A DNA stretch of 64,000 nucleotides from Burkholderiales bacterium. GTDB lineage: Bacteria > Pseudomonadota > Gammaproteobacteria > Burkholderiales > SG8-39. The stretch covers positions 876-64,875 of the forward strand of contig DATGGA010000026.1 of assembly GCA_035308765.1 (NCBI GenBank), in the 5' to 3' direction. This document shows, in pieces, positions 55,353-64,000 of the stretch (the stretch's first letter is position 1; each line of letters starts with the position of its first letter). The notes beneath the pieces were generated by a model, which saw only the letters and a list, made by a program, of their open reading frames with translations, was not told where the DNA came from and did not search any database. The position numbers were made by a program, and so were the translations under genes.

Positions 55353-56447
55353 CTATCGGTCGCCCGGAGGCTCTCCGAGCAGTGGAAAGGCGCTGAAGAC
55401 GCCTGGTTCGCCGATCGGCGGCGCAGGGGTTACATGTTGCGGCGTCAGCTCGGCGAACGAAGTGACGCCGAGCAGGCCGAGGCAGGTGCGGATTTCGTCT
55501 TCGAGGATTTCCAGCGTGCGCACGAGGCCGGGCACGCCGGCGGCGCCGAGGCCGAGGCAGGGAAGGCGTCCCAGGCCGACCGTCCCGGCGCCGAGCGCGA
55601 TCGCCTTCACCACGTCCGTGCCGCGCATGAAGCTGCCGTCCACCCAGACTTCGGCGCGGCCGGCGACCGCGGCGACCACCTGCGGCAGGACGGTCATGCT
55701 GCCGAGGCCGTGATCGAGCTGGCGGCCGCCGTGATTGGAGACATAAACGACTTCGACGCCGTGCTGCACGGCGATTTCCGCGTCCTCTGCGGTGGCGATA
55801 CCCTTGATGATCAGCGGCAGCGAATGCTTGTCTTTGTATCGCTTGACCTGGTCCCAGGACAGGCCCGATTGATAGTTGCTCCCGGCGGGCGCTGTGGCGC
55901 GCCAGGGCTTGACGAAGCGGCCGATGAGATCGCGTTCGCGCCGGCTGTACATGGCGACGTCGACCGTGAAGCAGAAAGCCGCATAGCCGTGGTCGCGCGC
56001 GCGCTTGACATGGTCATCCACCCAGGCGTCGTCGCCGCGCACGTAGAGTTGAAATACGCGAACCGTTTCCGCGGCCGCTGCAGTGGCTTCGAGCCCGGGC
56101 TGGCAGACGGACGACAGCATCTGCGGCACGCCGAACTGCGCGGCGCCGCGAGCGGCGGCGGCGGCACCGTCTTCGACGATGGATTCCAGTCCGCCGATGG
56201 GAGCCAGCATCACGGGCAGGCGCATGCGCTTGCCGAGGAAGGAGCCGCCGCAGTCGATCCGCCTGACGTCGCGCAGCACGCGCGGGCGGAAGGCGATCGA
56301 GTCGAGGGCCATGCGGTTGCGGCGCACCGTGGTCTCGGTTTCTGCGCCGCCGATGAGGTAGCTCCAGGGGCCGGGCGCCAGGTTGCGGCGCGCGGCGGCG
56401 ACGATTTCCTGCAGAGTGAGAAACTGTTCGGCAAGCGGAGCATTCAT
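55353..56447 (-). CDS. FMN-dependent alpha-hydroxy-acid dehydrogenase/oxidase (L-lactate dehydrogenase/glycolate oxidase family)
   Basis: Start trimmed to ATG 56447 (MNAPLAEQFLTLQEI). VSNHGGRQLD motif; 364 aa. Confidence 0.85.
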   Translation of the reverse strand: MNAPLAEQFLTLQEIVAAARRNLAPGPWSYLIGGAETETTVRRNRMALDSIAFRPRVLRDVRRIDCGGSFLGKRMRLPVMLAPIGGLESIVEDGAAAAARGAAQFGVPQMLSSVCQPGLEATAAAAETVRVFQLYVRGDDAWVDDHVKRARDHGYAAFCFTVDVAMYSRRERDLIGRFVKPWRATAPAGSNYQSGLSWDQVKRYKDKHSLPLIIKGIATAEDAEIAVQHGVEVVYVSNHGGRQLDHGLGSMTVLPQVVAAVAGRAEVWVDGSFMRGTDVVKAIALGAGTVGLGRLPCLGLGAAGVPGLVRTLEILEDEIRTCLGLLGVTSFAELTPQHVTPAPPIGEPGVFSAFPLLGEPPGDR

Positions 56448-56481
56448 TGCGGACTCAAGGCTATCATTTGGACGAGGAAAA

Positions 56482-57456
56482 ATGAAAAGCCTTTCGGCCT
56501 TGCTCGCATTCGCCGCCCTTGCGGCATCAGGCGCCGTCTTCGCGCAGGCCTTTCCGCAACCGGGCAGGCCGATCCGCGTTCTGGTCGGATTCGTCGCCGG
56601 CGGCGGCACCGATATCCAGGCGCGCATCGTCGCGCCCAAGCTCGGCGAGGCACTGGGCGCGACCGTGATCGTGGAAAACAAGCCCGGTGCAAGCACGTCG
56701 ATCGCCGCGGCGGAAGTGGCCAGGTCCGCGCCCGACGGCTATACGCTCCTCTACAGCTTCAACGGCGCATTCGCCCAGGTGCCGTTCACGCTGCTGGGCG
56801 GAGTACCCTACGATCCGGTCAAGGATTTCACCGCGCTGTCGCTGGGCGCGCGCGGCTCGCAGATCCTTGTGCTGCATGCCTCGGTGCCGGCGACCAATAT
56901 CAAGCAACTGCTTGCCTGGGCGAAGGCGAATCCGGGCCAGCTGAACATCGCTTCCTTCGGGACTGGCACGTCCTCCCACCTGTTCGCGGAGATGTTCATG
57001 CGCCAGTCCGGGGTCGAGATGGTGCACGTGCCGTACAAGGGCAGCGGCGACGCGGCCAAGGACCTGCTTGCCGGGCGCGTGCAGATTATGTTCGAACCCG
57101 GGACGACGGCAATCCAGAACGCCGCCGGCGGCAGAATCCGGATGCTCGCGGTGGTGGGAGAGAAACGTTCGCCGTTCACGCCGGACGTGCCGACGCTCAC
57201 CGAGCAGGGCATCAAGGGCATAGACCTCGTCGGCTGGCTGGGCTGGTATGGCCCCGCCAATCTGCCGCCCGATATCGCGAAGAAGCTGAACCTCGCGCTG
57301 GTCAAGGCGCTCGCCGACCCGGAGGTCAGGGCGGCGATCGAGAAAGGCGGCTACGAATCCGTGTCGTCCACGCCGGAGGAGCTGGCGGCATTGACGAAGC
57401 GAGACATCGAGCGCTGGAGAAAAATCATCAAGGATATCGGCTTCAAGCCGCAATGA
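56482..57456 (+). CDS. Bug-family (TctC-like) tripartite tricarboxylate transporter substrate-binding protein
   Basis: Start ATG 56482 (signal peptide MKSLSALLAFAALAASGAVFA). PIRVLVGFVAGGGTD, VENKPGAS, APDGYTLL and VPYKGSG are typical Bug motifs. Confidence 0.9.
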   Translation: MKSLSALLAFAALAASGAVFAQAFPQPGRPIRVLVGFVAGGGTDIQARIVAPKLGEALGATVIVENKPGASTSIAAAEVARSAPDGYTLLYSFNGAFAQVPFTLLGGVPYDPVKDFTALSLGARGSQILVLHASVPATNIKQLLAWAKANPGQLNIASFGTGTSSHLFAEMFMRQSGVEMVHVPYKGSGDAAKDLLAGRVQIMFEPGTTAIQNAAGGRIRMLAVVGEKRSPFTPDVPTLTEQGIKGIDLVGWLGWYGPANLPPDIAKKLNLALVKALADPEVRAAIEKGGYESVSSTPEELAALTKRDIERWRKIIKDIGFKPQ

Positions 57457-57469
57457 CAGGGAGAACGCA

Positions 57470-58339
57470 ATGCGATTGCTGACGTATCAACTGAAGAAAA
57501 AGGGTTCGGCGCCGCGCGTCGGCGTGATGAGCGGGCCGGAGCACCTCGTCGAATTGAAGTTCGAGAACATGATTTCCCTGATCGAGGGGGGAAGCAAAAG
57601 CCTTTCTTCAACAAGAAAGATTCTCGAGGGAAGGTCCAAACCCATCCCGCTATCCTCGGTGCGCGTGCTGGCGCCCATCCCGCGGCCGCGCAAGAACGTG
57701 TTCTGCGTCGGCTGGAACTACCTGGAGCATTTCGAGGAAGGCGCCAAAGCGCGCACCAGCGTGGTCGAGATTCCGAAGCATCCGACCTTCTTCACCAAGG
57801 CGCCCACCGCGGTGAACGGCCCTTACGACCGTATCCCGCTGCATGCGGGGGTGACGGAAAAGGTGGACTGGGAGGTGGAGCTGGGCGTGATCATCGGCAA
57901 GGGCGGCATCAACATCAAGGAGTCCGACGCGATGAAGCACGTGTTCGGCTTCACGGTGATCAACGACGTTTCCGCGCGTGAAGTGCAGCGCCGCCACGGC
58001 CAGCAGTGGTTCAAGGGCAAGAGCCTGGACGGCCATTGCCCGATGGGGCCCTGGATCGTGACCGCGGACAAGGTGAAGGACTGGTGGGATCTGCGCGTGG
58101 TGACGCGCGTAAACGGCGCGATCAAGCAGGACTCGAACACGCGCCACATGTATTTCAAGATCCCGCGCATCATCGCCGAGCTCTCCGCCGGCCTGACGCT
58201 GGAGCCGGGCGACATCATCTCGACCGGCACGCCGGCCGGCGTCGGCCACGCGCGCACGCCGCCCGAGTTCCTGAAGGCGGGCGACATCCTGGAAACCGAG
58301 ATCGCCGGGATCGGGCTGCTGAAGAACCGGATCGGCTAG
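57470..58339 (+). CDS. Fumarylacetoacetate hydrolase (FAH) family protein
   Basis: 289 aa with VDWEVELGVIIGK, NDVSAREVQ and GDIISTGTPAGVG. Confidence 0.88.
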   Translation: MRLLTYQLKKKGSAPRVGVMSGPEHLVELKFENMISLIEGGSKSLSSTRKILEGRSKPIPLSSVRVLAPIPRPRKNVFCVGWNYLEHFEEGAKARTSVVEIPKHPTFFTKAPTAVNGPYDRIPLHAGVTEKVDWEVELGVIIGKGGINIKESDAMKHVFGFTVINDVSAREVQRRHGQQWFKGKSLDGHCPMGPWIVTADKVKDWWDLRVVTRVNGAIKQDSNTRHMYFKIPRIIAELSAGLTLEPGDIISTGTPAGVGHARTPPEFLKAGDILETEIAGIGLLKNRIG

Positions 58340-59062
58340 CTAGAGCATGGCGCCCGGCTTGCCGAGCGCATGCTCGGTGAGCCTGGCTACGACCCAGTCG
58401 TAAGCTTCGTCCACCGAGTCGGTGCGGTGCATGAGGCCGACATCGGCGGCGTTGATGGTGCCGTGCTTTACCAGCGCGTCGAAATCGATCACCTCGCGCC
58501 AGTAGTCGTTGCCGAACAGCACGATCGGCATCGGCTTGGTCATTTTCTTCGTCTGCACCAGGGTCAGCGCCTCGAACATCTCGTCCAGCGTGCCGAAGCC
58601 GCCCGGAAACACGATGATCGCCTTGGCGAGGTAGGCGAACCAGAATTTCCGCATGAAAAAATAGTGGAAGCGGAACACCAGGTCGCGCGTGATGTGCGGG
58701 TTGTGGCCTTCCTCGTGAGGCAGCGAGATGGGCAGCCCGACGTTCAGGCCTCCGGCTTCCGACGCTCCGCGGTTGGCCGCTTCCATGATGCCCGGGCCGC
58801 CGCCGGTGCAGACCACGAAGCGGCGTTCTTTCGAAGGCAGGGCCTTCGACCATTCGGTGAGCTTGAACGCAAGCGAACGCGCCGCCTCGTACCAGCGGTT
58901 GCCCTCCTTGAAGCGCGCCGAGCCGAAGAACACGATGGTGTCCTCGATGCCGAAATGCTCGAAGCGGCTCTTCGGCTCCAGGTACTCCGCAAGAATGCGC
59001 AGCGGCCGCGCATCCCTGCTGTTGAGGAAGGACGGCTCGCGGTAGGCCTTGGCCTTCTTCAA
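58340..59062 (-). CDS. LOG family protein (TIGR00730 nucleotide 5'-monophosphate nucleosidase-like)
   Basis: 240 aa with [14 protein letters not shown] and [12 protein letters not shown] motifs. Confidence 0.85.
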   Translation of the reverse strand: MKKAKAYREPSFLNSRDARPLRILAEYLEPKSRFEHFGIEDTIVFFGSARFKEGNRWYEAARSLAFKLTEWSKALPSKERRFVVCTGGGPGIMEAANRGASEAGGLNVGLPISLPHEEGHNPHITRDLVFRFHYFFMRKFWFAYLAKAIIVFPGGFGTLDEMFEALTLVQTKKMTKPMPIVLFGNDYWREVIDFDALVKHGTINAADVGLMHRTDSVDEAYDWVVARLTEHALGKPGAML

Positions 59063-59805
59063 CCGCGTCCCTCAAACGGCATCTTGGTGGCCTTTATGGT
59101 CAGGAAGAGGACGTTGGTTTCGATCGGGAAGCTCGCCATGTGCAGCACCGCCTGGCCGACATGGGCCACGTCCATCAGCGGCTCGGGCTTGATCGAGCCG
59201 TCGGCCTGCGGCACGCCGTTGGCCATGCGCGCCGCCATCTCGGTGCGCGCGTTGCCGATGTCGATCTGGCCCACGGCGATGTCGTACTTCCTGCCGTCCA
59301 GCGCGCCGGTCTTGGTGAGGCCGGTCACGGCGTGCTTGGTGGCGGTGTAGGCCACGGAACCCGGCCGCGGCGCATGCGCCGAGATCGAGCCGTTGTTGAT
59401 GATGTGCCCGCCGCGCGGATTCTGGTCCTTCATCACCTTGAAGGCCTCCTGCATGCACAGGAACATGCCGGTCAGGTTGATGTCGACGACGTTCTGCCAC
59501 TTCTCCAGGCTCAGTTCTTCGAATGAGGTGCCCGGCGCATTCACGCCGGCGTTGTTGAACAACACGTCGACGCGGCCCCATTTGGCCTTCACTGCCGCGA
59601 ACAGCGCCTTGACCGAATCCTGCTTGGCGACATCGGTCGGCACGCAGCAGGCGCGCTCGCCCGCGCCGGATTCCTTGGCGGTTTGTTCGAGCACGTCCTT
59701 GCGCCGTCCGGCAAGCGCGACCCGCCAGCCGTCCTTGAGGAATGCCAGCGCGGCTGCTTTGCCGACGCCGCTGCCGGCGCCCGTGATGACTGCGATTTTC
59801 GACAT
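59059..59805 (-). CDS. SDR family oxidoreductase
   Basis: 248 aa with [12 protein letters not shown] and YTATKHA (YxxxK). Confidence 0.9.
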   Translation of the reverse strand: MSKIAVITGAGSGVGKAAALAFLKDGWRVALAGRRKDVLEQTAKESGAGERACCVPTDVAKQDSVKALFAAVKAKWGRVDVLFNNAGVNAPGTSFEELSLEKWQNVVDINLTGMFLCMQEAFKVMKDQNPRGGHIINNGSISAHAPRPGSVAYTATKHAVTGLTKTGALDGRKYDIAVGQIDIGNARTEMAARMANGVPQADGSIKPEPLMDVAHVGQAVLHMASFPIETNVLFLTIKATKMPFEGRG

Positions 59806-59816
59806 GCTTTTTCTCC

Positions 59817-60767
59817 TTATTCGACTTTGGCGCCGGATTCACGGATGGATTTTTCGATGCCCGGCGCCTCGGCCCTGATCTCGGCGTCGAAGGCCTCCGG
59901 CGATGCCGAGGGCGCCGCGTCCATGCCCTGCGAGGCGATCCTGTCGCGCACCTCCTGCTTCGACAGCACCTTGGCCGCGGCCGCGTGCAACCTGCGCACG
60001 ATTTCCATCGGTGTGCCGGCCGGCACGTAGAGGCCGAACCAGAAGGTGGATTCGAAGCCGGGCAGGCCGGCTTCCTCGGCCCCCGGAATGCCCGGAATCG
60101 CCGCCGAAGCCTTGCGCATGCTGATCGCCAGCGGGCGCATGCGCCCGCCCTTGATGAAGCCCATCACCGTGGGCGAAGTCGCGAACATCACCTGCGTGTC
60201 GCCCGCAACCAGCGACTGGGCGGCCGGGCCGCCGCCCTTGAACTGGATGGTGGTGAACTTGATGCCGGCGACGGATTCGAAGGCGACGGAGGAAAGGTGG
60301 GGAGCCGAACCGAAGCCTGCGGAGGCCATGAACAGTTTTCCGGGATTCGCCTTGGCATAGGCGATCAGCTCCTTCATGTTCTTGAAGGGCGTGCCATTGT
60401 TCACCACCAGCACCGTGGCGCCGTTCGCGACGCGGCACACGGGAATGAAATCCTTCTCGTCGTAGCCCAGGCTCTTGTACAGGCTCTTGTTGATCTGGTG
60501 ATTGCCCTGGTTGAGGATGGTGTAGCCGTCGGGCGCCGACCTGGCGACAAACTCGGAGGCGATCGAGCCGCCTGCGCCGGGCTTGTTCTCCACCACCACC
60601 GCGACGCCGAGTTCCTTCGACAGCTCGTCGCCGATGATGCGCGTGGTGAAGTCGCCCGAGCCGCCGGGCGGATAGCCGACCTCAAGGTGGATCGGCTTTG
60701 AAGGATAGCTTTGCGCATTCGCCCACGTGGAAAGGCAAACGAAAATGAAAATCCCCGGAACCCTCAT
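59817..60767 (-). CDS. Bug-family (TctC-like) substrate-binding protein
   Basis: Start trimmed to ATG 60767 ([18 protein letters not shown]). [20 protein letters not shown] and IQFKGGGPA. Confidence 0.88.
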   Translation of the reverse strand: MRVPGIFIFVCLSTWANAQSYPSKPIHLEVGYPPGGSGDFTTRIIGDELSKELGVAVVVENKPGAGGSIASEFVARSAPDGYTILNQGNHQINKSLYKSLGYDEKDFIPVCRVANGATVLVVNNGTPFKNMKELIAYAKANPGKLFMASAGFGSAPHLSSVAFESVAGIKFTTIQFKGGGPAAQSLVAGDTQVMFATSPTVMGFIKGGRMRPLAISMRKASAAIPGIPGAEEAGLPGFESTFWFGLYVPAGTPMEIVRRLHAAAAKVLSKQEVRDRIASQGMDAAPSASPEAFDAEIRAEAPGIEKSIRESGAKVE

Positions 60768-60769
60768 GC

Positions 60770-61552
60770 CTACTTTCCCTTGAACGCCGGGGTGCGCTTC
60801 TCCATGAACGCCTTGCGGCCTTCCTTGTGGTCTTCGCTGGCGAAGCAGGCTTCGACCATCTTCATCGCTTTCGAGAGGTCGCGGTCCTTCTCGTCCTTTT
60901 GCCACTGCTGTACCGCGTACTTGGCGGCGGCCACGGTCAGCGGCGCGTTCTCCGATACCATCTTTGCGTAGGCGGCGACTTCCTTCTCGAGCTCCGCGTC
61001 AGGCACCACCTTGCTGACAAAGCCCATGCGCAGCGCCTCTTTGGCGTCGAACTTGCGCGCCGACATGAAGATGTCGGTGGTATTTGCCGCGCCCAGCACG
61101 TTCATGAAGCGCCGCACGCCCGCCGGGCTGTAGCCCAGGCCCAGCCGCGCCGCCGGCATGCGGAAAATGGAGTCGTCCGAGCAGATGCGCAAGTCGCAGG
61201 CGGCGGCAAAGCCCAGACCGCCGCCGATGCAGATGCCGCGGATGCGCGCGATCACCGGCTTGGTGGTGTTCATCGGCGCCTGGTAGGCGGCTTCGACCGC
61301 CTTGTTGTAGACCACCTGCGCCTCGACGGTGCCCCGCAGCTTTTCGAATTGCGAAATGTCGGCGCCCGAAATGAAGGCCTTGTCGCCGTCCCCGGCGCAG
61401 ACGATGAGCCGCACCGCCGGGTCGGCGTCGAGCTGGGCGAATACCTTCGGCACCGCCTCCCACATGTCGAAGCTCATGGCGTTCATCTTCGGCAGGTTCG
61501 AGAAGAGCACGGTGGCGACGCCGTGCGCGACGGAGGTTTTGAGTTCAGCCAT
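60770..61552 (-). CDS. Enoyl-CoA hydratase/isomerase (crotonase) family protein
   Basis: Start trimmed to ATG 61552 (MAELKTSVAHGVATVLFSN). FISGADI, GICIGGG and EGRKAFMEKR. 1-nt TAATG overlap with the upstream CoA-transferase. Confidence 0.88.
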   Translation of the reverse strand: MAELKTSVAHGVATVLFSNLPKMNAMSFDMWEAVPKVFAQLDADPAVRLIVCAGDGDKAFISGADISQFEKLRGTVEAQVVYNKAVEAAYQAPMNTTKPVIARIRGICIGGGLGFAAACDLRICSDDSIFRMPAARLGLGYSPAGVRRFMNVLGAANTTDIFMSARKFDAKEALRMGFVSKVVPDAELEKEVAAYAKMVSENAPLTVAAAKYAVQQWQKDEKDRDLSKAMKMVEACFASEDHKEGRKAFMEKRTPAFKGK

Positions 61553-62733
61553 TACACGATTCCTTTGCTTTTGAATGTCTCGATTTCGGCCTTCTTGAAG
61601 CCGGCCTCCAGCAGGATTTCTTCCGTGTGCTCGCCCCGCTCCGGCGAGGCCGCCACCAGCTTCGCCGGCGTGCGCGACAGCTTCACCGGCTGGTTGATGA
61701 GCCGCAGCTTGCCGCCGGACCTGCGGGGCACGTCCACCGCGGCCTGCACGTGCTTTACCTGCGGGTCGGCAAAGACCTGGTCCATGCTGTAGATCGGGCC
61801 GCAGGGCACGCCGCCGGCGTTGAGGATTCCGACCCACTCGGCGGTGGGCTTTTTCGCGAACCCTTCGTTCAGCGCTGCGTTCAGGGCCTTGCGGTTCTTC
61901 GCGCGATCCTGCGCGGTCTTGAAGTCGGGATGTTCGAACAGCTCGGGGCGCCCGATGGCCTCGCATACGCGTTGCCACATCTTGGTGCCCGTGGCGGCGA
62001 CGTTCATGTGGCCGTCGGCAGTGGTGTAGGCCGAGGTCGGCATGCTGGTCGGATGGTCGTTGCCGACCTGCGGCGGCACTTCTCCGGTCATGGTGTAGCG
62101 CGCGGCCTGGAAGTCGAGCAGCTGGATTCCGGCCTGCAGCAGGTTGGACTGCACCCATTGGCCTTCGCCGGAGGTCTCGCGCTCGAGCAAAGCGGTCATG
62201 ATGCCGAGCGCGGCCAGCAAGCCTGCTCCCACGTCCGCGACCGCGCAGCCGACGCGCATCGGACCTTCTCCCGGCTTGCCCGTCACCGACATGATGCCGG
62301 AGAGCCCTTGCGCGATCTGGTCGAATCCCGGCCGCGCGCGGTAGGGGCCGTCCTGCCCGAAACCGGAAATGCTCGCGAGGATGATGCGCTTGTTGACCTT
62401 CTTCAGCAACTCGTAATCGATGCCGAGGCGGTCCTTCACGTCCGGGCGGTAGTTCTCGACCACGATGTCCGCGGTTTTCACCAGGCGCATGAAGATTTCC
62501 TTGCCCTGGGGCGATTTCAGGTCGAGAGTGATCGAGCGCTTGTTCCGGTGCAGGTTCTGGAAATCCGGCCCCTCGCGCGGCCCGCCCATGTCCTCGGGCA
62601 CCGTGTTCTCGACCTTGATCACGTCGGCGCCGAAGTCGGCGAACTGGCGCACGCAGGTCGGACCCGCGCGCACCCGCGTCAGGTCGAGGATGCGCAGCCG
62701 GGAAAGCGCTGGAGACGAGGAGATGGCGGGCAT
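61552..62733 (-). CDS. Family III CoA-transferase (CaiB/BaiF)
   Basis: 393 aa with LSRLRILDLTRVRAGPTCVRQFADFGADVIKVE. Confidence 0.9.
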   Translation of the reverse strand: MPAISSSPALSRLRILDLTRVRAGPTCVRQFADFGADVIKVENTVPEDMGGPREGPDFQNLHRNKRSITLDLKSPQGKEIFMRLVKTADIVVENYRPDVKDRLGIDYELLKKVNKRIILASISGFGQDGPYRARPGFDQIAQGLSGIMSVTGKPGEGPMRVGCAVADVGAGLLAALGIMTALLERETSGEGQWVQSNLLQAGIQLLDFQAARYTMTGEVPPQVGNDHPTSMPTSAYTTADGHMNVAATGTKMWQRVCEAIGRPELFEHPDFKTAQDRAKNRKALNAALNEGFAKKPTAEWVGILNAGGVPCGPIYSMDQVFADPQVKHVQAAVDVPRRSGGKLRLINQPVKLSRTPAKLVAASPERGEHTEEILLEAGFKKAEIETFKSKGIV

Positions 62734-62763
62734 GGGGCTAATTTTAATCCGCCCCGGGGGGAT

Positions 62764-63624
62764 TCAACGCTCCGGCAGCGGAATGAATTCGGTTTCGCCC
62801 GGCACCGCTTCGAAACGCCGCTCGCGCCAGCGCTGTTTCGCGTCTTCGATCTTCTCTTTCGAGCTGGCGACGAAATTCCACCAGATGTGGCGCGGACCGT
62901 CCATTTTCCCGCCGCCCAGCAGCATGGCGCGGGATCGGGTGTTTGCAAGAATTTGAATCGGTTTCCCTTCCGGGAGGTAAGCCAGATTCTTCCCGGGCAA
63001 TAAATTTCCATCCACCGCCACACTTCCCTGCACCAGATAGACGCCGCGCTCTTCGTGCTCGGGCGGCAGCGTGAGCGTGGCGCCGGCTTCGAGCTCGGCG
63101 GCGACATAGAACATTTTCGAGAAGGTCGGCGCCGGCGATTGCTCGCCGAACGCGTTGCCGGCGATCAGGCGCAGGTCCACGCCCGGCATGCGGATCTTCG
63201 GCAGCGTCGCGGCCGGATGATGGCTGAACGCGGGCTCGGCGTTCTCGTGGTCCTTCGGCAGCGCGACCCAGGACTGGATACCGTACATGCGGCGCGTGCT
63301 TTTGCGCGCGGCCGGGTCGCCGCGCTCCGAATGCACGATTCCGCGCCCCGCCGTCATCCAGTTGACGTCGCCCGGCGCGATCGGCTGCACGGTTCCCAGA
63401 CTGTCCCGGTGGATCAGCTCGCCCTCGAACAGCCAGGTCACCGTGGCGAGGCCGATGTGCGGATGCGGCCGCACGTCCACGTTCTGCTCCGCCGCGACGG
63501 TGACCGGCCCCATCTGGTCGAAGAAAATGAATGGCCCGACCATCTGGTGGGGATGGCCGGGCAGTACCCGGCTTACGGTCAGGCCGCCGCCCAGATCTCG
63601 GTCGTGGGACTTCAATACGTCCAT
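62764..63624 (-). CDS. Pirin family protein
   Basis: HPHQMVGPFIFFDQMGP and RPHPHIGLATVTWLFEGELIHRDS. I prefer ATG 63624 (1 nt after the upstream stop) to the TTG at 63636. Confidence 0.88.
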   Translation of the reverse strand: MDVLKSHDRDLGGGLTVSRVLPGHPHQMVGPFIFFDQMGPVTVAAEQNVDVRPHPHIGLATVTWLFEGELIHRDSLGTVQPIAPGDVNWMTAGRGIVHSERGDPAARKSTRRMYGIQSWVALPKDHENAEPAFSHHPAATLPKIRMPGVDLRLIAGNAFGEQSPAPTFSKMFYVAAELEAGATLTLPPEHEERGVYLVQGSVAVDGNLLPGKNLAYLPEGKPIQILANTRSRAMLLGGGKMDGPRHIWWNFVASSKEKIEDAKQRWRERRFEAVPGETEFIPLPER

Positions 63625-63625
63625 G

Positions 63626-64000
63626 TCAGGCGGCAATCTTCGTCAGCTCTCCGCTCTGGTAATCACGGATCGCCTGTTCGATCTCTTCGCGCGTGTTCAT
63701 GACGAAGGGGCCGTACTGCACCACCGGTTCCCCGATCGGTTTCGCCGCCAGCAGCAGGAAGCGCGCGCCGTCAGCGCCGGCCTTGACCTCGAACGCGTCA
63801 CCCGATCCGAGCACGCCGCCCTGATGCGTTTTAAGCACACGGTCGGCGATTTCAACGCTGCCCTCGAAGGGGTAGACGTAGGCCGCGTGGGTCGCGGGAA
63901 TGGTAGCCAAAAATGTTTTTCCCGGATCCAGCTGCACGTCCCAGTACAGGGGATCCGTCGAACCGCCCCGGACCGGCCCGCTCGTTTTCCCGTAGGCGCC
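63626..64000 (-). CDS. Pirin family protein, C-terminal part (5' end beyond window)
   Basis: The reading frame is open to the window edge. The C-terminal cupin and GPFVMNTREEIEQAIRDYQSG are typical of pirin C-termini. Confidence 0.75.
   Translation of the reverse strand, partial: GAYGKTSGPVRGGSTDPLYWDVQLDPGKTFLATIPATHAAYVYPFEGSVEIADRVLKTHQGGVLGSGDAFEVKAGADGARFLLLAAKPIGEPVVQYGPFVMNTREEIEQAIRDYQSGELTKIAA

Overview
High-GC, densely coding bacterial chromosomal segment with about 62 protein-coding genes. The gene content (two Bug/TctC-type periplasmic binding proteins, family-III CoA-transferases, NodT/EmrAB efflux) suggests a Burkholderiales-like betaproteobacterium, but that cannot be verified here. 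I recognised no rRNA, tRNA, CRISPR array, transposase, integrase or phage gene. The window holds housekeeping genes (pdxH, fbp, htpX, rhlE, pepN, queD/queE, ettA, ndh), a Liv-type ABC importer, a marR-OMF-emrA-emrB efflux operon and several small catabolic clusters. Two islets look lower in GC by eye: 1-2.8 kb with a PagL-like deacylase, and 17.1-21.1 kb with envelope-stress-type lipoproteins. The most unusual items are: (i) a 1,795-aa tandem-duplicated UvrA-like protein with four ABC modules and asymmetric domain decay, translationally coupled to an orphan MlaC-like gene; (ii) rhlE, whose conserved N-terminus can only be translated from an ATT codon behind a strong Shine-Dalgarno (SD); (iii) a near-consensus promoter with an embedded perfect palindrome that gives an apparently leaderless GTG-start marR; (iv) a cytochrome c / cytochrome P460-family fusion; (v) a class III cyclase-FHA protein with Gln at a metal-binding Asp position; (vi) a divergent PanB-like / PhyH dioxygenase pair; (vii) a REP-like palindrome family; (viii) a 50-aa entericidin gene missing from the ORF track. 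I did not find a clear-cut novel multi-gene system such as a defence island. The tandem UvrA plus MlaC-like unit is the best candidate for something functionally undescribed. All calls come from by-eye motif reading and hand translation and need HMM/BLAST confirmation.
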